Positions 48,897-60,142 of a stretch of DNA of 64,000 nucleotides are shown here, one piece after another (position 1 is the first letter of the stretch; each line of letters starts with the position of its first letter). The notes below the pieces were generated by a model. That model made no database searches. It was not told the DNA's origin and was given only the letters and a program-made list of their open reading frames with translations. Position numbers and translations under genes: made by a program. The stretch is from NCBI GenBank assembly GCA_043797085.1, contig JAZDQA010000001.1:32001-96000 (forward strand), read 5' to 3'. The stretch is from Pseudomonadota bacterium. Lineage in GTDB: Bacteria; Campylobacterota; Campylobacteria; Campylobacterales; Sulfurimonadaceae.

Positions 48897-49511
48897 ATGC
48901 ATAGTGAACCATTGAACGATCGTAATGTAAGTGAGCATAGCGCTTACTATTACGTCGATATTGAAGAGTATCCAACCACTGGATGGGATAAGTTTAAACA
49001 AGTAGTCAAACGTACCTTTAGAGGTGAATTGTTTGTCGGTTTATGGGTCGTCATGCGTGAGATGATTAAATTTGACATTCATACCGTCAAATATCCACTG
49101 GAAAAGCTTCCAATCGGACCTCGTTATCGTGCAGTACACAAACTATTGCGTTTGTGGGAATCAGGATATGAGCGTTGTATCGGATGCGGATTGTGTGAAA
49201 AAATCTGTATCTCCGATTGTATCCGTATGGACACAAAAATCGATGAAAACAGCCGTAAAGAAGTGACAGAATACAGTATCAATCTCGGTCGTTGTATTTT
49301 CTGCGGTTATTGTGCGGAAGTGTGTCCTGAACTTGCCATCGTTCACGGACAACGTTATGAGAACGGTTCTGAACAGCGTGCTCACTTTGTGATCAAAGAC
49401 GATATGCTCACTCCGCTTGATTTCCTGACATCAGGTCAGCAAGCCGAGTATCCAGGTTTTGGTTCCATCACCCCTAACGAGAGCGTTACCAAAACGCCTC
49501 TTGCGTATTAA
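48897..49511 (+). CDS. nuoI: NADH-quinone oxidoreductase subunit I
   Basis: CIGCGLCEKIC and CIFCGYCAEVCP motifs. Confidence 0.96.
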   Translation: MHSEPLNDRNVSEHSAYYYVDIEEYPTTGWDKFKQVVKRTFRGELFVGLWVVMREMIKFDIHTVKYPLEKLPIGPRYRAVHKLLRLWESGYERCIGCGLCEKICISDCIRMDTKIDENSRKEVTEYSINLGRCIFCGYCAEVCPELAIVHGQRYENGSEQRAHFVIKDDMLTPLDFLTSGQQAEYPGFGSITPNESVTKTPLAY

Positions 49512-49520
49512 GGAGAATAA

Positions 49521-50108
49521 ATGTTTGAAGCAATCGCTTTTTATCTGTTTGCGGCGCTTACCATTGTGATGTTTACCATTACCGTGATGACCTCTCAGGC
49601 ATTGTATGCCCTGACTGCAATGGCAGCAGGGATGATTTTCATTTCAGCCTTTTTCTTTATTTTGGGTGCTGACTTTTTAGGCGCAATTCAAATTATTGTT
49701 TACACCGGTGCGGTGATGGCATTGTATGCATTTGGTATGATGTTTTTCGATACGACACGAAATGTGATCGAAAAACGTTCCAATCCGCGTTTTGTAGTCG
49801 TTCTTGGCGGACTTGCAGCTGTTTTGGTTGTTTTTATCGTCCTTGCCCCTATTGTTACGACGAATTTAAATGCCAATTATCCGATTGATTTGGCGGTAGG
49901 AAACTCACAAGCTATCGGTATGGTACTGTTTACAAAATATTTAGTCCCTTTTGAACTGGCAGCGGTTATGTTGCTGGTTGCGATGATTGCAGGTATTGTT
50001 TTGGCCGGTAAAAAGATGGATAAATCATTGACACTTATGGCAGAAGAAGACATTGCATTGATGCATGCATCATCAGCCGCTGAAATCACACAAGAAGAGG
50101 CGCACTAA
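49521..50108 (+). CDS. nuoJ: NADH-quinone oxidoreductase subunit J
   Basis: QIIVYTGAV and YLVPFE motifs; operon position. Confidence 0.94.
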   Translation: MFEAIAFYLFAALTIVMFTITVMTSQALYALTAMAAGMIFISAFFFILGADFLGAIQIIVYTGAVMALYAFGMMFFDTTRNVIEKRSNPRFVVVLGGLAAVLVVFIVLAPIVTTNLNANYPIDLAVGNSQAIGMVLFTKYLVPFELAAVMLLVAMIAGIVLAGKKMDKSLTLMAEEDIALMHASSAAEITQEEAH

Positions 50109-50413
50109 TGGAAATTACATTAACGCACTATTTAGTGCTATCAACCGTATTATTTGCTATTGGTTTGATTGGGGTTATGCGCCGTAAGAATTTGTTAATG
50201 CTTTTTTTTGCAACGGAAATTTTGTTGAACGCTGTCAATATCGGCATGGCAGCAATTTCTCACTATCGCGGAGATTATACAGGACAGATGTTTGCATTTT
50301 TTATTATTGCAATCGCGGCGTCCGAAGTAGCTGTAGGTCTGGGTCTTCTTATTGTATGGTACAAACGTACCGGTAAGATTGATCTTGATCAAATGACATC
50401 GATGAGAGGATAG
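50108..50413 (+). CDS. nuoK: NADH-quinone oxidoreductase subunit K
   Basis: EILLNAVN and AASEVAVGL motifs. Confidence 0.95.
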   Translation: MEITLTHYLVLSTVLFAIGLIGVMRRKNLLMLFFATEILLNAVNIGMAAISHYRGDYTGQMFAFFIIAIAASEVAVGLGLLIVWYKRTGKIDLDQMTSMRG

Positions 50414-50418
50414 GACAG

Positions 50419-52308
50419 ATGGAAGTTTATTTATACATTGCATTGTTTGCTCCGTTGGTGGGTTCACTCTTTGCGGGATTGTTTGGTGCATATCCAAAAA
50501 TGCTCTTTACGGGGGTAATAGCTTCAGGATTGCTTTTTGCATCTTTTGTAAGCAGTGCCATTTTGCTCAATTATGTTCTAGCCGGACACACCGTACATGT
50601 TGAAATGATGACATGGATCGCGGCTGGAGACCTTTATATTCCTTTTGGTTTTGTGGTTGACCAAGTGAGTGTGACGATGATGATGGTTGTCTCTGTCGTC
50701 TCTACTGTTGTTCACGTCTACTCTATTGGTTATATGGCGCACGACAAAGGGTTTAACCGTTTCTTCTCGTACCTATCGGCTTTCGTTTTCTCGATGATGG
50801 TTTTGGTTATGAGTGATAATTTTTTAGGTCTCTTTATCGGATGGGAAGGTGTGGGCTTGTGTTCATGGCTTCTTATTGGTTTTTGGTATCATAAAGAATC
50901 TGCTACATGGGCAGCAAATGAAGCCTTTATTATGAACCGCATTGCCGACTTGGCGATGTTGATCGGTATCTTTATGATGTACTGGAATCTGGGTTCTCTT
51001 CAATACGATGTTGTTTTCGCTAACATTGGAAATCTTCCGATGCACGTCATCACATGGATTGGTATTTTCCTCTTTATCGGTGCGATGGGTAAATCGGCAC
51101 AATTTCCGCTCCATACATGGCTTGCGGATGCGATGGAAGGTCCTACTCCTGTCTCGGCACTGATTCACGCTGCAACCATGGTTACAGCCGGTGTCTATCT
51201 TGTTGTCCGTGCAAACCCTATCTACAGTGAAATTCCTGATGTAGGAATCGCGATTGCATCACTGGGAGCATTTGTTGCAATGTTTGCAGCAACCATGGCA
51301 TTAGTCAATCGCGATATGAAGCGTATCATTGCGTATTCGACTCTTTCACAGCTTGGCTATATGTTTGTAGCAGCTGGTTTGGGAGCGTATTGGGTAGCAT
51401 TGTTTCACCTTATGGCACACGCATTTTTCAAAGCATTATTATTCTTGGGAGCAGGTAATGTTATGCACGCAATGCACGATGAACTTGATCCGTTTAAGAT
51501 GGGTGGTTTGAAAAAATCAATGAAAGGCACATGGATATTCATGACACTTGCTTCCGTTGCACTTGCGGGTATTTATCCTCTTGCCGGATTCTTTTCGAAA
51601 GATTTGATTTTGGAAGTTGCATTTGTTGAACAGCATTATATTCTTTACACCGTATTATTACTGACAGCTGGATTGACCGCATTTTACTCATTCCGTCTTG
51701 TTGCATTGATTTTCCATGGTAATGAGAGACATTTAGAACACGGTATTCATCCACATGAAGCGTATAGCTTTATGTTGTATGCCATGGCTCCGTTGGCTGT
51801 TTTGGCAGTTATCGCCGGTATGGTATTTAAAACCCCATATTATTTGATGGTAACGAATCTTTTGCCATCTATGACGTATCATATCCATAATCACACGACA
51901 TTTTGGATTATGACAATCGGTACTCAATTGTTTGTGATTGCAGCAATTACGTATGCATACAAAAAATACGCAAAAGCCGTTAAAGTGGATAAAAAAGTGG
52001 AATCAGGGCTGTTGTATCAGTTGCTTTACAATCAATACTACATCCCTAAAATTTACGATGAAGTCTTTTCAAAACCGTATTTGAAGCTCTCTAAACTTGC
52101 ATGGAAAGAGATTGACTTAAAAATCGTTGATGCAACGGTAGACGGAATTGCAAATGTAATTTACCGTACGGGCGAAAAGACACACACAATGCAAAACGGC
52201 AATCTTTCCAGTATGTTACGCTGGATGGTTATTGGTTTAGTGGTTTTATTGGTACTTGCTGTGGCGTTTACTGCGGGTTATAACGCAGTCAACCTGCAGG
52301 CAATGTAA
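50419..52308 (+). CDS. nuoL: NADH-quinone oxidoreductase subunit L
   Basis: GKSAQFPLHTWLADAMEGPTPVSALIHAATMV. Confidence 0.97.
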   Translation: MEVYLYIALFAPLVGSLFAGLFGAYPKMLFTGVIASGLLFASFVSSAILLNYVLAGHTVHVEMMTWIAAGDLYIPFGFVVDQVSVTMMMVVSVVSTVVHVYSIGYMAHDKGFNRFFSYLSAFVFSMMVLVMSDNFLGLFIGWEGVGLCSWLLIGFWYHKESATWAANEAFIMNRIADLAMLIGIFMMYWNLGSLQYDVVFANIGNLPMHVITWIGIFLFIGAMGKSAQFPLHTWLADAMEGPTPVSALIHAATMVTAGVYLVVRANPIYSEIPDVGIAIASLGAFVAMFAATMALVNRDMKRIIAYSTLSQLGYMFVAAGLGAYWVALFHLMAHAFFKALLFLGAGNVMHAMHDELDPFKMGGLKKSMKGTWIFMTLASVALAGIYPLAGFFSKDLILEVAFVEQHYILYTVLLLTAGLTAFYSFRLVALIFHGNERHLEHGIHPHEAYSFMLYAMAPLAVLAVIAGMVFKTPYYLMVTNLLPSMTYHIHNHTTFWIMTIGTQLFVIAAITYAYKKYAKAVKVDKKVESGLLYQLLYNQYYIPKIYDEVFSKPYLKLSKLAWKEIDLKIVDATVDGIANVIYRTGEKTHTMQNGNLSSMLRWMVIGLVVLLVLAVAFTAGYNAVNLQAM

Positions 52309-52318
52309 GGAGAATTTG

Positions 52319-53866
52319 ATGCAAGAACATATTTTATCGATTTTGATTTTTTTCCCGGCATTGGCAGCAATGTTTGGATTTGTGGTTCATAAGGACAGCG
52401 TTCGTGCCTACGGAATCACCGTAGCAGCAATCGAATTTTTCCTCTCATTGTGGTTGTGGAATTTGTATGACCCTATGACGTCGGGAATGCAATTTATGGA
52501 GATGGCACCTCTTGTGTCGGCATTTGGTATTAGTTATCTGGTTGGTGTTGATGGTATTTCACTCTTTATTATCATTTTATCGACGTTCTTTACCTTAATC
52601 GGTATCGCTTCTCTGACTGAGAAACGTCGCGTAAAAGATTTAATTATTACGTTGCTTTTTTTAGAGATGACGATGGTCGGGGTATTTGCGGCACTTGATG
52701 CGATTGTCTTTTATGTTTTTTGGGAATTGTCGCTTATACCAATGTTGTACATCATCGGTGCATGGGGCGGACCGCTTCGTATTTATGCGTCGATTAAATT
52801 TTTCCTTTACACTTTTACGGGATCATTAGTGATGCTTGTTGGTATGCTGTTTATGGCATATTTTTATTATCAAGCAACCGGTCAATGGAGTTTCTCACTT
52901 CTCGAATGGTATCGTTTGATTCTACCGGTTAATATACAACTATGGCTATTTGCTGCATTTTTCTTGGGCTTTGCGATTAAAGTCCCGATGTTTCCATTTC
53001 ACACATGGCTGCCGTATGCACACGGGCAGGCACCGACTATCGGTTCTGTAATTCTTGCGGCAATTTTGCTCAAAATGGGAACGTACGCATTTGTCCGTTT
53101 TTCACTCCCATTGTTTCCGGATGCATCGGTTGTCTTTATGTTCCCAATCGCGATACTTGCGATTATTATGATTGTCTATGCGGCGATGGTAGCATACGCC
53201 CAAGAGGATATTAAACAAGTTGTAGCGTATAGTTCTATATCGCACATGGGTGTTATTATTCTAGGGATTTTCGCACTCAATGTAGAGGGAATTACCGGTT
53301 CCGTCTTTTTAATGATTGCGCATGGGGTTGTATCGGGAGCATTGTTCTTGTTGGTCGGGGTTATTTATGATCGCCGCCATACAAAACTTATGTCTGAATT
53401 TGGAGGATTAGCGTCCGTCATGCCTCGCTATGCAACCATTTTTGGAATTATGATGATGGCATCGGTCGGTTTACCGCTTACCATCAACTTTGTGGGTGAA
53501 TTTTTGAGCTTGCTTGGTTTTTATAAACAGTCTCACTCGTATACGCTCGTAGCAGGTACCGCAATTATCGTAGGTGCTATTTATATGCTCAGTGCGTATA
53601 AGAAAGCATTTTTTGGAACCGTAACGAAAGAAGAGAATAAAAATCTCAAAGATGTCAATCGTACAGAATTACTCGGTCTTGTTCCGTTGGTTGTGGTTGC
53701 AATATGGCTGGGTGTGTACCCAAAACCGCTTCTTGAACCAATTAACAACAGTGTTGAATCGATTGTGCAATTGATGCATGATAAAGCACAAACAACGGAA
53801 GCTAAACAACGCATCCCTGATCTTGCCCATTCGGCAGGATTGAATTCAATGCAGGAGGCACACTAA
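52319..53866 (+). CDS. nuoM: NADH-quinone oxidoreductase subunit M
   Basis: [25 protein letters not shown] and FVGEF motifs; ATG 52319 after AGGAG. Confidence 0.96.
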   Translation: MQEHILSILIFFPALAAMFGFVVHKDSVRAYGITVAAIEFFLSLWLWNLYDPMTSGMQFMEMAPLVSAFGISYLVGVDGISLFIIILSTFFTLIGIASLTEKRRVKDLIITLLFLEMTMVGVFAALDAIVFYVFWELSLIPMLYIIGAWGGPLRIYASIKFFLYTFTGSLVMLVGMLFMAYFYYQATGQWSFSLLEWYRLILPVNIQLWLFAAFFLGFAIKVPMFPFHTWLPYAHGQAPTIGSVILAAILLKMGTYAFVRFSLPLFPDASVVFMFPIAILAIIMIVYAAMVAYAQEDIKQVVAYSSISHMGVIILGIFALNVEGITGSVFLMIAHGVVSGALFLLVGVIYDRRHTKLMSEFGGLASVMPRYATIFGIMMMASVGLPLTINFVGEFLSLLGFYKQSHSYTLVAGTAIIVGAIYMLSAYKKAFFGTVTKEENKNLKDVNRTELLGLVPLVVVAIWLGVYPKPLLEPINNSVESIVQLMHDKAQTTEAKQRIPDLAHSAGLNSMQEAH

Positions 53867-55371
53867 TGTTAGAGCCAATTTCGATTTCGTTAGCCTCACT
53901 CAACATTACGACGATGGCTCCTATGTTGATTGCCATTGTCGGAGCATTGGCTATTTTGTGTATTGATTTAGTGAAAGAGGGTCTCCACAAATCTTTCTAT
54001 GTCATGGTAAGTTTACTTTTCTTATTGCTTGATTTGGGAGCGGTTGTTGATTTTGGAAATGTTTTCCTTAAAAACGGTACCGTTCTTGGTATGTTTGATA
54101 TGATGCTTATTGATGGTCTTGCTATTCTTTCACAGATCATTATTGTGGCGGGCTCCATGCTCTTTATCCCTTTGGCGCTCACGTCTAAGCGATTTCATGA
54201 GTATAACTATCCGGAGTATTTTGCCCTTTTCTTGTTTATGATTGCAGGTTTTCAATTTATGGTTGCCAGTGATAATCTTATCTTGATTTTTGTGGGACTT
54301 GAAACCGCTTCTTTGGCATTGTATACCCTTATTGCTCTTCATAACCGATCTAAATCGTTTGAAGCAGCAGTCAAATACTTTACCATGGGAGCACTAGCAG
54401 CAGGCTTTTTTGCTTTTGGTTCGATGATTTTTTACGCGATCACTGGGTCCGTTGAAATCAACCAAATAGCAGTAGCCCTTGCAAAAGACGAGTACGTCAA
54501 TATCGGTTTTGTCCTTGTTGCTGTTGTTTTCTTGTTGGCTGCTATCGGATTTAAACTCTCCATGGTTCCTTTCCATACATGGACTCCAGACGTTTATGAA
54601 GGTTCTTCTGCCGCATTAGCCGGATATATGTCGATTGTTCCTAAAATCGCGGGTTTCGTTGTTGCGATGCGCTTATTTGAATTCCTTGTCCACAGCGGAG
54701 TTGTATGGTTACAAGTTGTCCTTTATGTAGCAGTTGTAGTGACGATGACGGCATCCAATATCTGGGCATTGGTTCAAAACGATGTTAAGCGAATGTTGGC
54801 ATACAGTTCTATTTCCCATGCGGGTTTTGTTATGGCTGCAATTTTGATTGGAACAACTCAAGCCAATACCGCACTTTTCTTGTATTGGGCACTGTTTAGC
54901 TTCACGAATTTGGGTGCATTCTCAATGTTGTGGGTCAGTCGTCAGAAAAATCTAATTCCGGGACAAAGTTCGGATCATCCGTATGAAAAATTTGCAGGAC
55001 TTGTACATACCATGCCAATGGCTGCCATTATGATCGGCTTGTTTATGCTATCTCTTGCCGGAATTCCTCCCTTTGGTCTTTTTTGGGGTAAAATCTATAT
55101 GATTGGATCTGCGGTGAGCGCCGGATATACAATTCTTGCGTTAATTATGGCATTGAACTCTGCGATTGCAGCATATTACTATCTAAAACTCATCGTCTTT
55201 ATGTTTATGAAAGAGCCGATTCCTGAATATAAAAAATATTATTTGATGAATGCATCTCTGTCTCTTAAAACGATTATCGGGATTGCAGCGATTGGAACGA
55301 TCTTCGCCGTATTTGCCGTCAATCCACTTTTAAAAGTCATTACATTATTTGTGTATAATAGCGGATATTAA
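53866..55371 (+). CDS. nuoN: NADH-quinone oxidoreductase subunit N
   Basis: [34 protein letters not shown] and SLAGIPP motifs. Confidence 0.96.
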   Translation: MLEPISISLASLNITTMAPMLIAIVGALAILCIDLVKEGLHKSFYVMVSLLFLLLDLGAVVDFGNVFLKNGTVLGMFDMMLIDGLAILSQIIIVAGSMLFIPLALTSKRFHEYNYPEYFALFLFMIAGFQFMVASDNLILIFVGLETASLALYTLIALHNRSKSFEAAVKYFTMGALAAGFFAFGSMIFYAITGSVEINQIAVALAKDEYVNIGFVLVAVVFLLAAIGFKLSMVPFHTWTPDVYEGSSAALAGYMSIVPKIAGFVVAMRLFEFLVHSGVVWLQVVLYVAVVVTMTASNIWALVQNDVKRMLAYSSISHAGFVMAAILIGTTQANTALFLYWALFSFTNLGAFSMLWVSRQKNLIPGQSSDHPYEKFAGLVHTMPMAAIMIGLFMLSLAGIPPFGLFWGKIYMIGSAVSAGYTILALIMALNSAIAAYYYLKLIVFMFMKEPIPEYKKYYLMNASLSLKTIIGIAAIGTIFAVFAVNPLLKVITLFVYNSGY

Positions 55372-55390
55372 ACATTACCTGGGAGCACCA

Positions 55391-57736
55391 ATGATACGAT
55401 GGCTTTTACTGCTGCCCTTCATTTGGCTTCCATTAAATGCATTAGAACTCTCTATCCAAAGCGGTAGAGAAGCATCCCAAAATTACAGTGTTTTACATTT
55501 AAGAGATTCTTTGCCGTTTCGCTGTATTTCGAATCGGAATGATTTTGAGGAAGTTATTGCCATTGAGTGCAACAGCACGAAAATGCGTTCACTTCCTCCC
55601 CTTCTAAACGCTCACTTTACCATCACACAAACACCCACTTCGATTATTATCAAACCTAAAACGAAAATAGCCCTTTTCCCAGTTGGATTTGATTTGCTGC
55701 ATGATTCTCAAATCTATTCTTCGGATCTAAAAAGAGTCAATCACTGGACGATTGTAGGATATACCAAAGAATTACCAATGCTAGGAAAGGAAAAATCCAA
55801 TCCTGATGCCATTAATATTCCGATGAAGCTGTCTAAAGAGAGTTTTCCTTTTGTAGGAGGGCTGGATCTTAAAGGCAATCCAATAAAGATGAAAAGCGTT
55901 CAAGACGTTAATGACTACATGGATCTCAAAAAAGCGTATAAGGTAAAAGATTATTCCAAAGTACTCTTTTTAGCGCGCGATGCACTTAAAAAACATCCTA
56001 CGACTATCTTTGCAAATGAGCTGATGCTTTATCAGCTGCGTGCATTACATTATTTAGGGCAATATGAGCCATTATTAACCCTCTCAAAGCAGTTTGTACG
56101 CCAGTATTCAAGTGACCAAAATATTGCCGAGGTGTTAGCATACACCGCGCATGCTCATGGTGAATTGGGGCAAAATATTGATTCGGATTATTTTTATGAC
56201 CGACTATTTACGGAACACGAAGAAGATCCTTTTTCGGAAAAAGGGATGTATTTTAAAGCAAAACAATTAGGAGTTCAAGGGAGTCCTAACAAAGCTGCAA
56301 AATATTACCGTGAGGCATTGTATCGGACCAAAGATGTGAATTTAGCCTCCGCATGTGCGTTTGAATTAGCACGTATAGAGATGGGTGGAGCAAATCCGGA
56401 AAAAGCAAAAGAGTACATTGACAAAATAACACGGGTGAATCCTGAATATTTTACCGAAGTACGTCCTGAAGCTGAAAAAATGATAGATGTTTTGGAAGGT
56501 CACAAGGATCCTCTTACGGCTGCAAAAATCATACAAAGCCTCATTAAAGGTGTTCTTCCCAAATCGCCAGATCATGAAGCCCTCCTTAAAAAATTAGGTG
56601 AATTGTATGCTCAAGGGAATAAAAAAGCTCAAGCTCTTGAAGCTTTTAATGAGTACATAAAACTTTTCCCGTACGGTGATGGGATTGCAGAAGTACGACG
56701 CTCTAAAGATGGTTTATTTTTTGAAAAAGAGGAAGTAAACGCAGAGAAAGAGATAAAAAAATACGACGATCTTATTGAGCGCTATGGAAATGATTCTATT
56801 GGGCGAAAAGCGTTGTATAAAAAAGCTCAACTCTTATTCAAAGAGGGAAAATTCGAAGCAATACTTGAGATGGAAAATGAACTTTATAAGCTGGATACAA
56901 CAGCATATCCTGAGAGTAATACTCTTATTTCTAAAAGCGCTATTGAAACTACCAAGAAAAAACTCCAAAACGGTAAATGTGCTGAAGCGCTTTCAATGCA
57001 AAAAATGTATCGCATTAAACTTTTGCCGCAGTGGGATGGGTTAACCTTTGAATGTGCCCTTAAAATGGGAAATTTTCCGGTAGCCAAGTCTTTAGCCCAA
57101 ACGCACAGTAAATCTAAAAATATAAAAGAGAAACAGGTGTGGCTAAATCGTTTGGCGAAAACGCATTTTGCATTGGGTGAATACGCTCAGGCTTTGCGTG
57201 TAGGAAAAGATGTTATTGCCTTGTTGGAAATAGAAAAAAATCCACCTCTCAATGAGATCTATCGCACAATGTTTGACAGTGCGCAGCGCAGTTCGGATGA
57301 TGTAGGAATGATAAACTATATAAAAGGGTGTGAGGGTGCTTTTGGAATTGCTTTTAATGACATAGAACGGTATTCGCAGATGGTCTCACTGGGATTAAAG
57401 AGAAAAGATGAGGCAATGGTACAAAGTTATTCCAGCAAGGTTATGGCATTGCAAAAGCGAACCGCAACGCGTACGCAGTCTCCGTTCATTGAGTTTACTC
57501 TCGCGCAATCGTTGATGAATCAAGAAAAAAATAAAGAGGCTTTGGCAGTTTTGAAAGGGTTGAATACACTTAAAATGAATTCTGAAAAGAAGTCGCGTCA
57601 ACAGTATCTTATTGGCTCATTGGCGATGAAAATGGGAAATAAAACCGAAGCAAAAGCAGCATTTAACAGCAGTATGAAAGCAGATAAAACATCGGCATGG
57701 GGAAAACTGGCTAAGGATGCGTTAGGATTGTTGTAG
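55391..57736 (+). CDS. pflA: Periplasmic TPR protein, PflA-like flagellar motor scaffold
   Basis: Signal peptide, beta-rich N-terminus and TPR-like helices; pflA follows nuoN in Campylobacter. Confidence 0.65.
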   Translation: MIRWLLLLPFIWLPLNALELSIQSGREASQNYSVLHLRDSLPFRCISNRNDFEEVIAIECNSTKMRSLPPLLNAHFTITQTPTSIIIKPKTKIALFPVGFDLLHDSQIYSSDLKRVNHWTIVGYTKELPMLGKEKSNPDAINIPMKLSKESFPFVGGLDLKGNPIKMKSVQDVNDYMDLKKAYKVKDYSKVLFLARDALKKHPTTIFANELMLYQLRALHYLGQYEPLLTLSKQFVRQYSSDQNIAEVLAYTAHAHGELGQNIDSDYFYDRLFTEHEEDPFSEKGMYFKAKQLGVQGSPNKAAKYYREALYRTKDVNLASACAFELARIEMGGANPEKAKEYIDKITRVNPEYFTEVRPEAEKMIDVLEGHKDPLTAAKIIQSLIKGVLPKSPDHEALLKKLGELYAQGNKKAQALEAFNEYIKLFPYGDGIAEVRRSKDGLFFEKEEVNAEKEIKKYDDLIERYGNDSIGRKALYKKAQLLFKEGKFEAILEMENELYKLDTTAYPESNTLISKSAIETTKKKLQNGKCAEALSMQKMYRIKLLPQWDGLTFECALKMGNFPVAKSLAQTHSKSKNIKEKQVWLNRLAKTHFALGEYAQALRVGKDVIALLEIEKNPPLNEIYRTMFDSAQRSSDDVGMINYIKGCEGAFGIAFNDIERYSQMVSLGLKRKDEAMVQSYSSKVMALQKRTATRTQSPFIEFTLAQSLMNQEKNKEALAVLKGLNTLKMNSEKKSRQQYLIGSLAMKMGNKTEAKAAFNSSMKADKTSAWGKLAKDALGLL

Positions 57737-58610
57737 CCACTGCATACAACTCTTTGACTGATCCATTAGTAACATGCTCGAATTGATTTGCATTAAAAGT
57801 TTGTTGACGTTTTGCGAGTTGCGAGGTGTGGGTTGAAATCTCTTCGATAAGTGTTTGTTTATCAATCTTTCCATCCAAAAACTCTAATGTTTCGAGTATT
57901 CCGATTGCTTTCATGCTGTTGGGTGCTCTTCCATAAAGCCGCTCAAGTTCTGCCACTTCATCAATCAAACCTGAGCGCACCATTTTTTGTGTCCGCATCG
58001 CTATGCGTTCTCGTAAAAGCGGACGCTCAATCTCGATGTTAAGAATAGGGCAATGGGTGATAATGCTCTTGGGCGGATGTGCCGCAAACCATTGCGAAGG
58101 CGGCGTTGAGGTTTGGAGATAGAGATGGAGCATTTTTTCGATCCGATACGAATCATTAGGGGTAATCTTGATCATGGTAATCGGATCAACTTCGGATAAA
58201 AAACGGTGTGCCATCTCAAGATCACGCAACATTTCAGCAGCAACGCATTTGGTTTCATCGGTAATTTCAGGGACGTACGACAATCCATCAATCATACTTT
58301 TGAGATAAAAGCTGCTTCCTCCGACAAGTATAAGGTTTTTCCCTTGCAACGTTGCAGCTTCATACGCACGGTGATATTCGTCTATAAAGGTAAAAACCGT
58401 TGCGGTTTCATTGGGAGCAAGACAATTAATCCCAAAATGCTCAACACTTGCAAGCTCATCATGAGAGGGTTTTGCGGAAGCTATGTCAATTTCTTTGTAG
58501 ATACTCAAGGAGTCAATGGAGAGGATGAGAGCGTTATGCTCCTGTGCAAGCTGTAGAGCAAGAGCACTTTTTCCTGAGGCAGTAGAGCCGATGAGTGCGA
58601 GTTGTTTCAT
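57711..58610 (-). CDS. miaA: tRNA dimethylallyltransferase
   Basis: GSTASGKS, DSLSIYK.IDIASAKP, VGGSSFY and LAKRQ.T motifs. Confidence 0.95.
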   Translation of the reverse strand: MKQLALIGSTASGKSALALQLAQEHNALILSIDSLSIYKEIDIASAKPSHDELASVEHFGINCLAPNETATVFTFIDEYHRAYEAATLQGKNLILVGGSSFYLKSMIDGLSYVPEITDETKCVAAEMLRDLEMAHRFLSEVDPITMIKITPNDSYRIEKMLHLYLQTSTPPSQWFAAHPPKSIITHCPILNIEIERPLLRERIAMRTQKMVRSGLIDEVAELERLYGRAPNSMKAIGILETLEFLDGKIDKQTLIEEISTHTSQLAKRQQTFNANQFEHVTNGSVKELYAVATTILTHP

Positions 58611-58656
58611 GAGAGACATTATATCTCAAAGTGAATTTACGATAAAATAAAAAAAA

Positions 58657-58745
58657 CGTCATTCCCGCTAAGGCAGGAATCAAGCTATCTTTTAAGATGG
58701 ATCCCCGGATCTACCCTAAAGGGCACGTGAAGTCCGAGGATGACG
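58657..58745. repeat. GTCAT-headed inverted palindromic doublet; the right unit is interrupted by an 18-nt insert
   Basis: Left unit CGTCATTCCCGCTAAGGCAGGAATC; right unit TGGATCCCCGGATC[insert]AAGTCCGAGGATGACG. Confidence 0.72.
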
Positions 58746-58763
58746 AAGATTTAAAGGGTATGA

Positions 58764-59624
58764 GTGAAGAGAATCGCCAAACGTTTACGAGATTTTAATG
58801 AACTGGTGATGTTTCAGCACTCCGTTTTCTCTCTCCCTTTTATTTTTATTGCAATGGTAGTATCTGCGGATGGATGGTTTGGATTTAAACTTCTTATTTT
58901 AGGGGCATTAGCGGCAATCAGTGCTCGTAATACTGCCATGGGATTTAACCGTTACGTAGACAGAGCGTATGATATGCACAACCCTCGTACTGCCAACCGC
59001 CCCAGTGTTGATGGGAGACTAAGGGGTAGCTCTATCGCTATTTTTACCCTCATTAACGCACTGATATTTATCGGCGTTACGTATATGGTGAATGATTTGG
59101 CATTTATGGTCAGCGTTCCGGTTCTTATAATTTTGTTGAGCTACTCCTATTTTAAACGTTTTAGCTCCATGGCACATATCGTATTGGGAATCTCCTTGGG
59201 ACTTGCACCGATGGCAGGAGCCATTGCTGTGAGTGCATCCGTACCGTTATGGTCGATTTATCTCAGTCTTGGAGTAATGTTTTGGGTAGCAGGATTTGAT
59301 TTATTGTACTCATTGCAGGATATGGAATTCGATATTACCAACAATCTTCATTCGATTCCTTCCCGTTATGGGAGCAGTGTAACACTCAATCTCTCTCTGG
59401 TGTTTCATTTTTTAACCATTATTTTCTGGGGATTATTTGTGGCAGCTGCCAATTTGGGAAGTGTTGCCCAATTGGGCATCTTTTTGTCGATTCTTATGTT
59501 AGGATATGAACATTATTTGGTTCGTAAAGATTTTACCAAAATTGACCGAGCCTTTTTTACGATTAACGGGTATTTAGGGTTTGTATTTTTTGGATGTGTA
59601 ATTTTAGATAAGGTGATACGATGA
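58764..59624 (+). CDS. mqnP: UbiA-family prenyltransferase of the futalosine menaquinone pathway
   Basis: NRYVD..YD..NPRTANRP, YSYFKRF and GFDLLYSLQD motifs. Confidence 0.85.
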   Translation: MKRIAKRLRDFNELVMFQHSVFSLPFIFIAMVVSADGWFGFKLLILGALAAISARNTAMGFNRYVDRAYDMHNPRTANRPSVDGRLRGSSIAIFTLINALIFIGVTYMVNDLAFMVSVPVLIILLSYSYFKRFSSMAHIVLGISLGLAPMAGAIAVSASVPLWSIYLSLGVMFWVAGFDLLYSLQDMEFDITNNLHSIPSRYGSSVTLNLSLVFHFLTIIFWGLFVAAANLGSVAQLGIFLSILMLGYEHYLVRKDFTKIDRAFFTINGYLGFVFFGCVILDKVIR

Positions 59625-60142
59625 GCAATGTACGATTAGTAGAAGCCTCTTTAGAGATAACCTACGATCTCCTAGAAGGAAACGAAGATACGTTTGAAAA
59701 AGAGTTCAATCGTAATGATGATCACAATGATGATGCAATAGGGCAATGGCTCAGAAGTGCGAAAGTTAAAGGAGATACCAGTGAAAGTGATCCTCTAGTA
59801 TTAAATTTAATGGTTGAGTTATTTCGAAAAATGGATCGTCTGGAAAATCTTATTTTAGGAAAGACATCTAATCGTATTGCACTTAAAATAAACGGAACAA
59901 TTGAAAAAATTGGTTTGGAGCATTTTGAGCTCTCTCAACCCATTTTGGAAACGTCTAAGCTCTATTATGGACGGGTTGAATTACCGAATTTGCTGCATCG
60001 GGAAACCCCGATGTATTTTGAAGCACTTTCTCCGACGTTAGCAAAAATCACCCGAATGCACGTCAAAGACAGCAATGAATGGGCGATTTACATGACGGCA
60101 CGTGAACGAAGTATGATCCGCCATTTAAAAGGACTTGAATGA
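59621..60142 (+). CDS. Conserved hypothetical protein
   Basis: Translationally coupled ORF in the mqnP operon. Confidence 0.7.
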   Translation: MSNVRLVEASLEITYDLLEGNEDTFEKEFNRNDDHNDDAIGQWLRSAKVKGDTSESDPLVLNLMVELFRKMDRLENLILGKTSNRIALKINGTIEKIGLEHFELSQPILETSKLYYGRVELPNLLHRETPMYFEALSPTLAKITRMHVKDSNEWAIYMTARERSMIRHLKGLE

